DNA of 64,000 bases from Syntrophales bacterium (GTDB lineage: Bacteria; Desulfobacterota; Syntrophia; Syntrophales; UBA2210), in assembly GCA_963666365.2 (NCBI GenBank), contig CAXXNF010000002.1:1280001-1344000 (forward strand), read 5' to 3'. Each line of letters opens with the position of its first letter. Within the stretch, counting starts at the first letter, position 1. Below are positions 1-10,979 of the stretch, piece by piece. Made by a program: the position numbers and the translations under genes. Under the pieces are notes generated by a model. It saw nothing but the letters and a program-made list of their open reading frames with translations. It was not told the DNA's origin and ran no database searches.

Positions 1-380
1 TCGTAGGAAGCGGTGGTTCCTTCCAGGGCAGCGGGAGGCCTCATATTTTTAAAGGAAATTCTCATCTTCGGAAGTTTCATCCCCAGGAGAGAGAACAATT
101 CCCTGTAGAAAAAAAAGCTCCGCTTTTCAGTGCTGCTTTTCAAGGTGATGAGTTCGGATCCCATATCGACAGCGGCATTCCGATACCCCCCGTAGAGTTC
201 GCGCAGGGCAGTTGAAAGTTCGGTTTCCACTTTTCGTATCTCACCGATATGCTTGATGATCTCCATGGCCAGTATTTCTCTTTTCTGATTAAGAAGGTCG
301 TACCCCTCGTAGGCAAAGGAAAGGTCATCCTTGAGTGTGCGAAGCGACGATTTGGTAGGAGGAAGCTCTATCTTCGGCAT
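1..380 (-). CDS. atpD: V/A-type ATP synthase subunit D (truncated by window edge)
   Basis: Not in the ORF track. Manual translation from ATG at 380, which overlaps the atpB stop (TAATG): [37 protein letters not shown], the typical subunit D N-terminus. Confidence 0.9.
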   Translation of the reverse strand, partial: MPKIELPPTKSSLRTLKDDLSFAYEGYDLLNQKREILAMEIIKHIGEIRKVETELSTALRELYGGYRNAAVDMGSELITLKSSTEKRSFFFYRELFSLLGMKLPKMRISFKNMRPPAALEGTTASY

Positions 381-1777
381 TATTCGCTCCCGGTCTCCGG
401 CACGTAATATCGTTGTAGTTCTTCCTTTGATACGCGGTACAGCTCTCCTTCAGGAAGCAGTGACAGCATCCGCCATCCTATTTCCAGCGTCTTTTCAATC
501 GAGCGGTTTTCCTCATAGCCCTGGCGTAAAAACTGCTCCTCAAAGGCAACGCCGAATTTCAGATAGATCTTGTCAAGGGCGGAAAGCTCTTCTTCCCCCA
601 CAATGGCCGCCAGTGACCGGATGCGCTTCACCTTCGCATAGGTGGCAAAGAGCTGTGCAGCCACCTGTGCGTGATCACGGCGCGTGCGCCCTTCGCCGAT
701 CCCGTCTTTCATGAGCCGCGACAATGACGGCAGTCCGGCGATGGGAGGATATATGCCTCTGTTGAAAAGTTCCCGTTCCAGCACGATCTGCCCTTCGGTG
801 ATGTACCCCGTGAGATCCGGCACGGGATGGGAGATATCGTCGCTGGGCATGGTGAGGATGGGTACCTGCGTAATTGAACCGTTATGCCCCTTTAATCTTC
901 CCGCCCGCTCGTAAATTGAGGCAAGATCGCTGTAAAGGTACCCGGGATATCCTTTTCTTGAAGGAATCTCCCCCCGCGAACTCGACAGCTCCCGAAGAGA
1001 TTCACAATAATTTGTCATATCCGTCATGATCACAAGCACATGCATGCCCTCTTCAAAGGCCAGATACTCGGCCAGTGTAAGGGCCACCCGCGGTGTAATG
1101 AGGCGTTCGATGGAAGGGGCGTCGGCAAGGCTTAAAAATACGGCCGAGTGGGTGAGCACGCCCGTTTCCTCCAATGCGTCGATAAAAAACCGGGCTACGT
1201 CGAATTTCACTCCCATAGCGGCGAATATGACGGTGAACTCTTCTTCTTCAGTAAGAATCATGGCCTGACGGGCGATCTGTGCCGCAATAAGGTTGTGCGG
1301 CATTCCGCTCCCCGAAAATATGGGAAGCTTCTGACCTCTGATGAGGGTGTTCATACCGTCGATGGCGGATATTCCCGTCTGTATGAAATCGCGCGGGTAC
1401 TCCCTGCTCCAGGGATTGACGGGAAGGCCGTTCACGTTCATGCTGTTATCCGTGATTACCTGCGGAGTGCCGTCGACCGGTCTCCCCAGTCCGTCGAATA
1501 CCCGACCGAGCATGGCCCGTTCGACAGGAATCTCCAGAGATTTTCCTACAAAGGTGGCACGCACCCCTTCTATGGAAAGACCGCTGGTGCCTTCAAACAC
1601 CTGGACTACCGCCCGTTCTTCATCAACTTCGAGTGTTTGTCCGATACGTACGGCCGTCGAGCCGTCTCGAATTTCAACAATTTCTCCAAGTCCCACGCCC
1701 TTGACCCCCTCAACAAAAATTAAGGGGCCGGAAATTCCTGAAAGGTCGGTATATTCGATTTCGAAGGACATGCTCAC
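380..1777 (-). CDS. atpB: V/A-type ATP synthase subunit B
   Basis: [45 protein letters not shown] motifs. Confidence 0.97.
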   Translation of the reverse strand: MSMSFEIEYTDLSGISGPLIFVEGVKGVGLGEIVEIRDGSTAVRIGQTLEVDEERAVVQVFEGTSGLSIEGVRATFVGKSLEIPVERAMLGRVFDGLGRPVDGTPQVITDNSMNVNGLPVNPWSREYPRDFIQTGISAIDGMNTLIRGQKLPIFSGSGMPHNLIAAQIARQAMILTEEEEFTVIFAAMGVKFDVARFFIDALEETGVLTHSAVFLSLADAPSIERLITPRVALTLAEYLAFEEGMHVLVIMTDMTNYCESLRELSSSRGEIPSRKGYPGYLYSDLASIYERAGRLKGHNGSITQVPILTMPSDDISHPVPDLTGYITEGQIVLERELFNRGIYPPIAGLPSLSRLMKDGIGEGRTRRDHAQVAAQLFATYAKVKRIRSLAAIVGEEELSALDKIYLKFGVAFEEQFLRQGYEENRSIEKTLEIGWRMLSLLPEGELYRVSKEELQRYYVPETGSE

Positions 1778-3546
1778 ACCCCTGTCAGATGTTGTTTCAA
1801 CGAATCGAGCGCTGACAGCAATTTCTTCTCGTGTATATCTATTTTCTCCACCTCTTTGCTTGAAACCTCCGACTTGAGCCTCACTATTTCCGTGACCGCC
1901 TCCAGGGTGGTGATATCGCTGAGAGGAAGACCAGCCTGCACGAGTTCCATACCTTTGGTATAGAGAGTCAGGATTGTTCTGAGGAGTTTGACCTGCTTTT
2001 CCGGACTGCAGTATTTATCGACGGAGTCAAAGGAATTCTGTTGCAGGAAGGCGTTTTTTATCGTCTCGGCCACAAAAAGCACGAACTGCTGGCTCGGCGG
2101 CAGCGCATCAGCGCCCACGAGTTTCACCAGCTGCTGCAGTCTGTGATCTTCGAGCAGAATATTCATCACGTCATTTCGTAATGCAAGCCACTGATTGTCG
2201 AGATTGTTCCACCAGTTCTCGATGTCATTGAGGTATTCGGTGTAACTGTCAACCCAGCTTATGGAGGGATAATGCCTCGCATCAGCCAGCACTTTGTCCA
2301 AGGCCCAGAAGCACCGCACAAATCTCGATGTGTGCTGCGTGACCGGTTCAGAAAAATCGCCCCCCGGGGGAGACACGGCGCCAATAATCGTAATATCGCC
2401 GTCTTTGCCCGATAGCGTTTCCACGAGACCGGCCCTTTCGTAAAACTCGGCGAGTCTGGTTGCCAGATAGGGGGGAAATCCTTCTTCGGCAGGCATGTCG
2501 CCGAGCCGGCTGGCCAGTTCCCTCAGAGCCTCAGCCCATCTCGATGTAGAATCGGCCATCACCGCCACGCTGTACCCCATGTCACGGTAAAATTCCGCGA
2601 TGGTCACGCCGGTGTAGATGCTCACCTCTCTGGCAGGCACGGGCATATTGGATGTATTGGCAATCATCACTGTTCGCTCGATCAGCGGCCTGCCGTTTCT
2701 TTCATCGACAAGGCTGGGGAATTCCGTGAGGACGTCGGTCATCTCGTTTCCACGCTCACCGCAGCCTATATAGACAATGATATCGGCGTTGCACCACTTC
2801 GCCAGGGCGTGCTGTGTCATAGTCTTCCCCGTGCCGAAACCTCCAGGAATCGCGGCCGTGCCGCCCCGGGCGATAGGAAAAAAGGTATCGATGATCCTCT
2901 GTCCTGTCATGAGGGGAATAAAGGGCTTCTTCCGCGCCCTGCTCGGCCGCGGTTTTCGTACCGGCCAGTATTCAGCAAGTTTTCCCCGATAGGTATCGCT
3001 CCTCCTATCAATGGTATAGATCTCGTCTTCTACGGTATATTCACCGATTTCCACAATGCCGGTCAACACACCAGCAAGACCGGGAGGCACAAGTACACGG
3101 TGGACCACAAGGGGGCTCTCCTGAATGCAGCCGAGCATATCCCCTTCTTTTACTTCGCTTCCGACCGTGAGGGCAGGCGTAAACTTCCAGGGTTTCTTCA
3201 TATCGAGGGGTGGCAGCTTAATCCCTTTTTCGATATAGCTGCCACACACCTCGGAGATGCCTATCAGCGGACGCTGGATGCCGTCGTAGATATTTGCGAT
3301 AAGCCCCGGCCCCAGAAGAACCGAGAGAGGCCTCCGATAGGAGACGACTTCGTCTCCCGGTTTCAGGCCCGTGTTATCCTCATACACCTGAATGAGGGCA
3401 ACTTCGCCGAGAAGACGTATCACTTCGCCGATGAGCCGTTCCGACCCTACTTCAGCGATATCGAACATCTTTATACCCTTCAGGCCCAGGGCCTTTACAA
3501 TGGGACCGTTCACGGAAATCACTCTCCCTGTTACCACGCTGTCCAT
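1774..3546 (-). CDS. atpA: V/A-type ATP synthase subunit A (catalytic)
   Basis: Walker [44 protein letters not shown]. Confidence 0.97.
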   Translation of the reverse strand: MDSVVTGRVISVNGPIVKALGLKGIKMFDIAEVGSERLIGEVIRLLGEVALIQVYEDNTGLKPGDEVVSYRRPLSVLLGPGLIANIYDGIQRPLIGISEVCGSYIEKGIKLPPLDMKKPWKFTPALTVGSEVKEGDMLGCIQESPLVVHRVLVPPGLAGVLTGIVEIGEYTVEDEIYTIDRRSDTYRGKLAEYWPVRKPRPSRARKKPFIPLMTGQRIIDTFFPIARGGTAAIPGGFGTGKTMTQHALAKWCNADIIVYIGCGERGNEMTDVLTEFPSLVDERNGRPLIERTVMIANTSNMPVPAREVSIYTGVTIAEFYRDMGYSVAVMADSTSRWAEALRELASRLGDMPAEEGFPPYLATRLAEFYERAGLVETLSGKDGDITIIGAVSPPGGDFSEPVTQHTSRFVRCFWALDKVLADARHYPSISWVDSYTEYLNDIENWWNNLDNQWLALRNDVMNILLEDHRLQQLVKLVGADALPPSQQFVLFVAETIKNAFLQQNSFDSVDKYCSPEKQVKLLRTILTLYTKGMELVQAGLPLSDITTLEAVTEIVRLKSEVSSKEVEKIDIHEKKLLSALDSLKQHLTGV

Positions 3547-3547
3547 A

Positions 3548-4168
3548 TCAGCGCCCCTCCGCCTCGTCCTTGAGTCCGTATTTCTTCAGTATATTCATTA
3601 CCTCCAGGCGAATCGCCTGTGATCTTCTGAAATAAATTCGTTCGATTGTGCCGTTTAATATGCGCCCCGTTTTTCCGTCCACAATACTGCACCCGCCCCA
3701 CTCGATGCTGTTGTCTTCCCTTAACGCGATATTCCCGTTCCTTCCCCTCACCTTCAGGGCATCATCGATACTCTCTTTTCCCAACGCAAGATCTTCTTTC
3801 CTAACCCGAATCTCGGCGTCTGAGGTCACCGCATCCAGTGCCTCGCATACGACAGTCTTGAGATAGGTCGTATACCGAAAGTTTCTCCTCATTTCTTTAA
3901 GCGCTTCAACCGCACTACGGTGTATGAAATTCTCTATCATTCGAAGCGCCATTTTTTTACGGTCAAGCACTTCTCTGTGTTCGATGCGGGACAATTCCTG
4001 TTCGATGCGCCTATCCGTTTCGGCCTGTTTTCTTCTTCGCAGGGTCTCGATCTCGGCGGCATACCGTTCTTCGAGACGCGCAATTTCCTCGGCCTCTTTC
4101 CGACGTATATCTTCGATTATCCGTTCCGATTCTTCCCTTATGGAACGTTCCAACGGCGTTTCATCCAT
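3548..4168 (-). CDS. atpE: V/A-type ATP synthase subunit E
   Basis: Charged coiled-coil N-terminus, C-terminal GG.....G....N.TI pattern, operon position. Confidence 0.8.
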   Translation of the reverse strand: MDETPLERSIREESERIIEDIRRKEAEEIARLEERYAAEIETLRRRKQAETDRRIEQELSRIEHREVLDRKKMALRMIENFIHRSAVEALKEMRRNFRYTTYLKTVVCEALDAVTSDAEIRVRKEDLALGKESIDDALKVRGRNGNIALREDNSIEWGGCSIVDGKTGRILNGTIERIYFRRSQAIRLEVMNILKKYGLKDEAEGR

Positions 4169-4188
4169 GAGAAACCCTTTTCCTTTGA

Positions 4189-4494
4189 TCAGACCGAAAT
4201 ACCGAGCGCCCCCGCAATATAGCGGACAGCGGATGCCCGCAATCCCCCCTCGTCATCAATACCGGGAATCTCGATCACCACGGGACCGGAACCGCTGAGA
4301 GACAGCTGCGCTATTCTCTCCTGAAGATTTTCCGCAAGGGTGTTTGTCACAACAACAATTCCGGCATCCTCCCTCTTGACGATATCCTCAAAGTGTGCCG
4401 TCACGGATTCCTTTTCGGAAACCACACCCCTTACACCGGCGAGACGAAAGGCGCTCACCGTGTGCATGTCACCGATGATATACACATTATTCAT
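4189..4494 (-). CDS. atpF: V/A-type ATP synthase subunit F
   Basis: IIGDxxTVxAFRLAGV and PVVIEIP motifs. Confidence 0.92.
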   Translation of the reverse strand: MNNVYIIGDMHTVSAFRLAGVRGVVSEKESVTAHFEDIVKREDAGIVVVTNTLAENLQERIAQLSLSGSGPVVIEIPGIDDEGGLRASAVRYIAGALGISV

Positions 4495-4495
4495 G

Positions 4496-4834
4496 TTACA
4501 ATTTGTTCAGAATCATAATGGCGATTATAAGGCCGTAGATAGCGATGCCTTCAGCCAGACCGAGGAAAATAAGAACCCGGCCTGTAAGTTCCGGTTTTTC
4601 GCTCATGGCGCCCATGCCCGCCGAGCCGATGCGGGCCACGGCGTAGCTGCTGGCGATACAGGCCAGTCCCACAGCGATCGCCGCCGACAAATAGGCAAAC
4701 CCCATCCACTCCTTCGTTGTGTGCACTGCCGCCACTTCTGCTTCGGCCGCCGATAGTACAGCCGGGACGGACCATACCACTGCAGCGACAAGAAATAGGA
4801 CCACATACATGATACACTGCCATCTGTTGGTCAT
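4496..4834 (-). CDS. atpK: V/A-type ATP synthase subunit K/c (single hairpin with signal-peptide-like leader)
   Basis: Likely start MTNRWQ at 4834; two hydrophobic helices, EKPE loop, conserved Glu in LAEGIAIYG. Confidence 0.92.
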   Translation of the reverse strand: MTNRWQCIMYVVLFLVAAVVWSVPAVLSAAEAEVAAVHTTKEWMGFAYLSAAIAVGLACIASSYAVARIGSAGMGAMSEKPELTGRVLIFLGLAEGIAIYGLIIAIMILNKL

Positions 4835-4835
4835 C

Positions 4836-6746
4836 TCACACCTCCGATGCCTGTGCCTTGAAAATAAAGGGACTGAAGATGACACCATCCCCCTTGAAAA
4901 ACTTGCTGAAAAATTCATAGTATTCAAGACGCATTGACTGAATCCCGCAAATAAGGGCCTCAAACCCGACAATGAACACATTGCCGGCGATAATGATGAT
5001 GACCGCACCGGGCGATTTCATGGCGGGATCCACAATGCCAGCGAGTGTATAGGTTACGATGCTCAAGCCCGCATGGGAAAGCGCGAAGGCGCCCACTCGT
5101 ATGAACGAGACAGTGTTTGCCAGCATGCTCAGTCCTGTTTCCAGAATTTCCACAGAGGTCTCAATTACATATTCGACTACACTGTGCGGCTTGTCCGCTC
5201 CGAATAAAAGTGATCCAAGAACGCTCCGAAATGAAAAGAGGATGAGGGGTAAAAGCAAAAAGAATCCGCCGTACCAGAGGGACATTCCCTCCCCTGTTGC
5301 AGCGTATCGGACGGCAAAAAAGACAACTGCCACATACAATACCAGAATCGCCAGTCCCCTCTTCTCGAAAAACGCCTCGGTATAACGTGCATTTATAACG
5401 CAATTTATTATATTTATGCAGAGACCGACCGCGATGATGCAGGCCCCCATCACGATGGTCAGAGAAAAGAGCGACATGATATGCGTCATGGGGTGAAAGA
5501 GCATCGCCGGGATGAGGTGCTCATTGGAAAAGACGCTGCCGTAAAGCAGGCCGCATATCGCCGCCGCGAGACCGCAGGCGACAAGAATCGCTCCCGATTG
5601 GCCAAGGGCGCTTCCCTCTTCCCCCTTCTTTTTTGCACTCCTGTGGAGCATCACACCCACAAGGGCAAGGACAATGCCCTGGCCGAGATCACCGAACATG
5701 AGACCGAACATAAGCACGAAGGTAAGTGCCGCCAGTGGGGTGGGATCTATCTCGCGTGCCCCCGGCATGCCCATGGTCTTTACAATAAGTTCAAAGGGCT
5801 TCAATGCGCCCATATTTATCAGCCGCACAGGGGCATCGGGATCACGTGTCTCCGACACCGCGACAATGAATCGATCACCGCATATGCTGCGCAGCAGGGA
5901 AAAGAGCCTTTCTTTTTCACGTATGTCAATCCAGCCCGTGATGAACATGGCCTTTGATGAAAAAAGGGACATTCGCAACGCCTTCATCACTTCTTCGTAT
6001 TTTTTATACCGGCGGTAACACTCTTGAAGTTTTTCGCTTTCACGTTCCTTCAAGCGGAGGGAATAGCTGCTGAGCACGTCACACCTGGCTTTAAGCGATC
6101 GGCGGCGACAGTCAAGGGTTTCTATGGAACCATCGCCAAGACTCTTGGACAAATCGTAAAATCCATAGTTGCTCAGGCAGTGCATCATGCGCGGGAATTC
6201 TCCAGGAAGCGCAGCACCTGCCACGTAGTGTCCGCTCTTTACTATTTGAAACGGCATCCCTTCCGGCGGGCGCCAATCGATTTCCTCTACCGTGCCGAAG
6301 ATCATTCTTATCAGTCGCGATCCTTTGAATGCATCAGCGTCGACACCCATATCCTGCAAGACCTTTCGATAGGACAACCGCGCATCAATTTCATCCAGTG
6401 CGTCCCGAATTCGAGCATGAAGTTTCTCAAGACGGTCTACTGTCCTCTTTATTTTTTCCACATAGAGACTATCCGAATCGATATCGCTGCCGGTTTCGGG
6501 AATATCGCGCCGCCCAGGAAGAATATCCATGGCATCCATCACATATTGAATCCCCAGAATGATCCGCCCCGTTTTTTCTTCTTCAGTTTTAAGCCCCTTA
6601 TCTGTCGTCAAATCCGCTCTTTCAGTATGAGACAGATGAATAATCCCTTCTTTGCCAAGCGCATCGAAAACCTCATGAAAGAACATTTTCCCCAGCGCTA
6701 TAAAAACCTTGCGTATGTCGGATTTGATGAACATGAGAATCCTCAC
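4836..6746 (-). CDS. atpI: V/A-type ATP synthase subunit I/a
   Basis: EIDPTP, FGLMFGDLGQG, NTVSFIRVGAFALSH (essential Arg), IQSMRLEYYEFFSKFF. Confidence 0.95.
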   Translation of the reverse strand: MRILMFIKSDIRKVFIALGKMFFHEVFDALGKEGIIHLSHTERADLTTDKGLKTEEEKTGRIILGIQYVMDAMDILPGRRDIPETGSDIDSDSLYVEKIKRTVDRLEKLHARIRDALDEIDARLSYRKVLQDMGVDADAFKGSRLIRMIFGTVEEIDWRPPEGMPFQIVKSGHYVAGAALPGEFPRMMHCLSNYGFYDLSKSLGDGSIETLDCRRRSLKARCDVLSSYSLRLKERESEKLQECYRRYKKYEEVMKALRMSLFSSKAMFITGWIDIREKERLFSLLRSICGDRFIVAVSETRDPDAPVRLINMGALKPFELIVKTMGMPGAREIDPTPLAALTFVLMFGLMFGDLGQGIVLALVGVMLHRSAKKKGEEGSALGQSGAILVACGLAAAICGLLYGSVFSNEHLIPAMLFHPMTHIMSLFSLTIVMGACIIAVGLCINIINCVINARYTEAFFEKRGLAILVLYVAVVFFAVRYAATGEGMSLWYGGFFLLLPLILFSFRSVLGSLLFGADKPHSVVEYVIETSVEILETGLSMLANTVSFIRVGAFALSHAGLSIVTYTLAGIVDPAMKSPGAVIIIIAGNVFIVGFEALICGIQSMRLEYYEFFSKFFKGDGVIFSPFIFKAQASEV

Positions 6747-7693
6747 ACCGCGCTTATGATGCGCTCGAGTATCGCTTCATGCGGCAACCGGAATCGACGG
6801 CCCTCGATAATGCGGTACAGATTCCGTATCTGATAAGCCAAAAGCCACAGATAGGCGATTACACAGTAAGGGGCATGGAAATTCCTGTGGAACATCGACA
6901 GGATCCACTGATAAAAATAATGCTCCACGCAATATTCCATATCGGGTATCGCCGGCGTACTCCTGCCGCTTCTTTCAGAGCTGTCGCCGCACCGGGCCAG
7001 TGCTGTTTCAACCACCCTTACATGCGGTTCAAGCGGTTCTTCAAAAAGATCACTAAGAACCCTCTCATTCGATGCTACTCTCTCTTCGCGTGCGTGATAG
7101 GTGGTCCTGAGTCGTATACGCTGAAGTGCCAGGAAAACGGCAATGCCTTTCACTATAAATTTCCTCACCACATCACCGGCCTCAGCATTCAATGAAGCCG
7201 AGGCAGCAACCATATTTTTAACCGCAAGAAGATCAATGCGAATTTCAAGGTGTTCATAACTCAGTTTCTTCTCAAAGAGACCATCAAGGTAGGTGCCGGC
7301 AAGCATCATCTTCATGTCGTCAAATGATATATCGTCCTGGAGCAGGTTTCTGTCGAGAATTGCAAAATGTCCAATGTCATACCACATGGCCAGACTCGAT
7401 CTCCCGGATAGTTTGGCCATTACACACTTTATGTTGTGCGCCTCGTACCTTCGAAGAAATGCAAGAAACAAGGGTTCATACACTCGGGTCGCTTCGGCGA
7501 GCAGCAGCACTTTTTCAATTTCCTTTCTGAAAATCTCTTCCTTTGCTTCAATTACATCCGCATCACTTTCTATCGTATTCTGGGAAGACGGCTGCGCTCC
7601 TACGAGGGACACATAATCGGCGTGCGTCAAAAGACGGCTTTTCATGGCATAGATTCGCGTATGAAAATTATATATATCGGCATAATATTTCAT
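6743..7693 (-). CDS. atpC: V/A-type ATP synthase subunit C/d
   Basis: N-terminal RIYAMKSRLL, C-terminal AYLW...QIRNL..IIEG pattern. Confidence 0.82.
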   Translation of the reverse strand: MKYYADIYNFHTRIYAMKSRLLTHADYVSLVGAQPSSQNTIESDADVIEAKEEIFRKEIEKVLLLAEATRVYEPLFLAFLRRYEAHNIKCVMAKLSGRSSLAMWYDIGHFAILDRNLLQDDISFDDMKMMLAGTYLDGLFEKKLSYEHLEIRIDLLAVKNMVAASASLNAEAGDVVRKFIVKGIAVFLALQRIRLRTTYHAREERVASNERVLSDLFEEPLEPHVRVVETALARCGDSSERSGRSTPAIPDMEYCVEHYFYQWILSMFHRNFHAPYCVIAYLWLLAYQIRNLYRIIEGRRFRLPHEAILERIISAV

Positions 7694-7703
7694 TCATGAC
7701 CTC

Positions 7704-8012
7704 TCACAGCGAAAGCACCATTGCGACTATTGTTTCTCTTATATCCTTCTGAAGGGCATTATTCTTAAGAAGTACGTCAATGCGGGCAGCCATTTTTTCC
7801 GCCTCTCTTTCCGTATACTTCTTCTTTTGTTCAATTGCGTGGGAAAGCCTTCTTTGTTCCTCGCACATAAGGGCATCCAATTCTTTCCTCCTGTTTGCTT
7901 CCAATTGTAATTTGCGGGCCCCTATATTCTCCGTATATTCTTCTTCAGCCTTCGCTATCTCTTTTGCATACTTTTTTTCGATGTCCACAATTCGAGCGAT
8001 TGCACTCTCCAT
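7704..8012 (-). CDS. Probable V/A-type ATP synthase subunit G/H (peripheral stalk)
   Basis: 102-aa charged coiled coil, first gene of the operon. Confidence 0.65.
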   Translation of the reverse strand: MESAIARIVDIEKKYAKEIAKAEEEYTENIGARKLQLEANRRKELDALMCEEQRRLSHAIEQKKKYTEREAEKMAARIDVLLKNNALQKDIRETIVAMVLSL

Positions 8013-8056
8013 AGACTTATTCTCCAGCGTTCCGACATATTTCCAAAGTCGGATTT

Positions 8057-8980
8057 CTATAATCTGAGAAGTGCCTCGAGAAAGGTCATCCCCTTTCCCC
8101 TTCTTCTGACCGATAGAAGTGGGGCCGGGGCCTTTCTAATCAACTGCTCGGTGACACTGTCCAGAAGAAATCTTGCCGCGGCCTTTTTATGATGAGAACC
8201 GATAATGATTAAATCTATCTCGTGCGCCCGCACCATTTCATCGATGATCTCGTAAACTTTCTTTTCCAATCGCACCATCAGCGGCTGCACAAAAACCCCT
8301 TTCAGGTTAAGATCGTCAAGAAATTCCCGGCATTTCTTCTCCGCATTTTTTACCATGATGGCAGAAAATTCCTCATAACTTTTCCCTCGTTTATAGTACC
8401 CCAGAGGCACATCGTACACATGAATGCAGCGGATACTCGGAATCTCATGCGCCGCGGCAAAATCGATCGCCAACTCCATCGCATCACGGGCGTTTTCCGA
8501 AAAATCGACGGGCACGAGCAGATTGATTTCATTAGGACGCTTTCTTTGCGGCACGGCTTTTTCAGGAACAAAGAGCACCGAACCGGGCGCTTTTCGTGCC
8601 AGCTTGACCGGCAGAGTTTCAACAGAAGTAAACTCCCCGCGTATTTTTCCTATCACGACCAAGTCGATATCTTTTTCCTTGAAACGACGCAATAATTCTA
8701 TTTCAACAAGCGGTGATTCCGGCATGATCTCATAATACAGCTGTGTTTCGGGACGGCCATCGTAATAGCTTTGCACCAGCGCTTCCATCGCACCCCTGTA
8801 TTCCTCGACGGCAATCTGTTGGGATTTTCCGCTCCTGGCAAATTCTTCAGTGCTTAACACGTGGGTAAAGGTGATTGTTTCCGGTGCGGCCAGCCAGCTC
8901 ACCAGACCGGCATATTGTATTTTCGCTCGATCCTGATCGCCTACAGTCATGCCTACCATGAGGTTTTTGAAATGATACAT
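8057..8980 (-). CDS. Universal stress protein (tandem USP domains)
   Basis: LLVPVDFSENA, DLIIIGSH, DSVTEQLIRKAPAPLL; two repeats. Confidence 0.9.
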   Translation of the reverse strand: MYHFKNLMVGMTVGDQDRAKIQYAGLVSWLAAPETITFTHVLSTEEFARSGKSQQIAVEEYRGAMEALVQSYYDGRPETQLYYEIMPESPLVEIELLRRFKEKDIDLVVIGKIRGEFTSVETLPVKLARKAPGSVLFVPEKAVPQRKRPNEINLLVPVDFSENARDAMELAIDFAAAHEIPSIRCIHVYDVPLGYYKRGKSYEEFSAIMVKNAEKKCREFLDDLNLKGVFVQPLMVRLEKKVYEIIDEMVRAHEIDLIIIGSHHKKAAARFLLDSVTEQLIRKAPAPLLSVRRRGKGMTFLEALLRL

Positions 8981-9241
8981 GGCGCCCTCCTTTCTTTAAA
9001 GAGTTCGAAATCACCACTCTTTCAGCTCGAACGATTTTTTGGCAGCAAGCACGTCCCTTTTCGATATTCAGTCATGCAAGAATCTTCTGAAAGGGGCCTG
9101 TACCCACACTCCCTGCGCGAATGAGTGCACATGTCCTTTTGATTAGAGACACATCAGTATTATTTTTCGCCTCGTAAGGTTTGTTCAACGCGCAATGGAG
9201 CATGGGTACGGAATGAACCCCTCACTTGGTGCCGCCGCATT

Positions 9242-9451
9242 TCAGTCCTCCAGACGGAACGACACGTTAATCCTGATTCGATACTGTTTTATTTTCCCTT
9301 CCTCAATGCTCATATCCAGTTTCGAGACTTCGGCAATCCGCAAATCGCGAAGAGTGCTCCCGGCCGTCTCTACGGCCTTCTTCGCCGCTTCTTCCCAGGA
9401 CACACTGCTTGTTCCCACCAATTCGATTATCTTGTATACGCTCTCGTTCAT
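9242..9451 (-). CDS. Dodecin-family protein
   Basis: VYKIIELVGTSxxSWEEAA...YRIRINVSF; AGGAGG RBS upstream. Confidence 0.9.
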   Translation of the reverse strand: MNESVYKIIELVGTSSVSWEEAAKKAVETAGSTLRDLRIAEVSKLDMSIEEGKIKQYRIRINVSFRLED

Positions 9452-9804
9452 GACACACCTCCTTTTTTCCCGTATGTGAAAAGTTTAAAAAAAGATTCGT
9501 TACATTTCACCTTGTGAACGTCTGAATATTCGTAATTATGCGTCTTGGGGGATAAACTGCGCCACCCTGCGGCGCCGTTTCGCCTGTTGTCGATTCAGTC
9601 GGAGAATGTGAGAAATAGAAGGAGAAATGAAATCGCCGAGGAATAATATCTTATCGCGATTAGAAACCGGGCAAGGAGCATTCGAAACTGAAATAATGAT
9701 CACTTAGCCTGAAAGAACTTTCCGTATATTATATGAACGTGTTCGGAAAGATCATAAGAAATGAATTATTGTCTTTATGATGAACGAGAACGCCTTTGTT
9801 GTCA

Positions 9805-9835
9805 ATCAGTTTTTAATTATCAGTTTTTAATTATC
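9805..9835. repeat. 14-bp tandem direct repeat ATCAGTTTTTAATT x2 upstream of the wtpA promoter
   Basis: Copies at 9805-9818 and 9819-9832, about 12 bp before TTGACA at 9847. Confidence 0.8.
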
Positions 9836-9981
9836 GTCATTTGATATTGACATAGGACAACTTCTTAAGTAACAACAAATTTCTATTCGGGCTAATAACT
9901 GCCCAATAAGGGGTTATAGTAACATTATATTCTTGACTGGTGCCTGTGGTATAAAGATTTTTAAAAGAGAGGAGATATTTC

Positions 9982-10965
9982 ATGAAAAAGTCAATAAAAT
10001 TGGTGGGGTTAATTGTGGCACTTGTAGCGGTGGGACTATTCCTGCCCTTCAACTCATTTGCGGAACCGAAAGGCAACGTGACCATCTTTCATGCAGGAAG
10101 CCTGTCGGTACCCTTTGCCTCAATGGAAAAAGCCTTTGAGGCAAAGTATCCCGGCGTTGATGTCCTTCGCGAGGCAGCGGGAAGTCAGAAATGCGCGCGT
10201 AAGATTTCCGACCTCAAAAAGCCCTGCGATATCATGGCATCGGCCGATTACAAAGTGATCGACAAACTTCTTATTCCCGCCTATGCCGACTGGAATATCC
10301 GTTTCGCCACCAATCAGCTGGTTCTGTGCTATACCGACAAGAGCAAATACGCCGACCAGGTCAATGCACAGAACTGGTTTGAGATCCTTCAGAAAAAAGA
10401 TGTGATATGGGGACATTCCGACCCAAACCTTGACCCCTGTGGATATCGCTCATTGATGGTTCTGCAACTGGCGGAAAAATATTACAAAAAACCGGGACTT
10501 TACGATGCGGTTATCGCAAACCGTCCCAAGGAGAATATCCGACCAAAATCGGTTGAACTGATTTCGCTGCTTCAAACAGCGAACATGGATTATGCATGGG
10601 AATATCTCTCCGTGGCGGTGCAGCATCAGCTTCGTTACATTACACTTCCGGATGAGATAAACCTGGGCAATTATAAATATGATGATCTCTATGAACAGGC
10701 TGTAGTAAAAGTTACGGGAAAAGCTCCCGGAACATTCATGGATATTAAAGGACAATCCTGTACCTACGGAGTAACCTTAATAAAAAATGCGCCCAACAGC
10801 GAAGCGGCCATCGCCTTTTTGGCGTATATGCTGGCGCCTGAAGGCGGACTGAAGATACTCTCTGACATGGGACAACCCCCCTTTATCCCCTGCCGTGTTC
10901 CCACGGAAGAAATGATGAAAATGCTGCCGCCTGAGTTGAAGAAAACAGTGGAAATCAAAGAGTAG
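9982..10965 (+). CDS. wtpA: Tungstate/molybdate ABC transporter substrate-binding protein WtpA
   Basis: [39 protein letters not shown]: archaeal-type WtpA motifs including the Asp/Glu oxyanion ligands. Confidence 0.9.
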   Translation: MKKSIKLVGLIVALVAVGLFLPFNSFAEPKGNVTIFHAGSLSVPFASMEKAFEAKYPGVDVLREAAGSQKCARKISDLKKPCDIMASADYKVIDKLLIPAYADWNIRFATNQLVLCYTDKSKYADQVNAQNWFEILQKKDVIWGHSDPNLDPCGYRSLMVLQLAEKYYKKPGLYDAVIANRPKENIRPKSVELISLLQTANMDYAWEYLSVAVQHQLRYITLPDEINLGNYKYDDLYEQAVVKVTGKAPGTFMDIKGQSCTYGVTLIKNAPNSEAAIAFLAYMLAPEGGLKILSDMGQPPFIPCRVPTEEMMKMLPPELKKTVEIKE

Positions 10966-10979
10966 GGGTTTTTGTTCTC

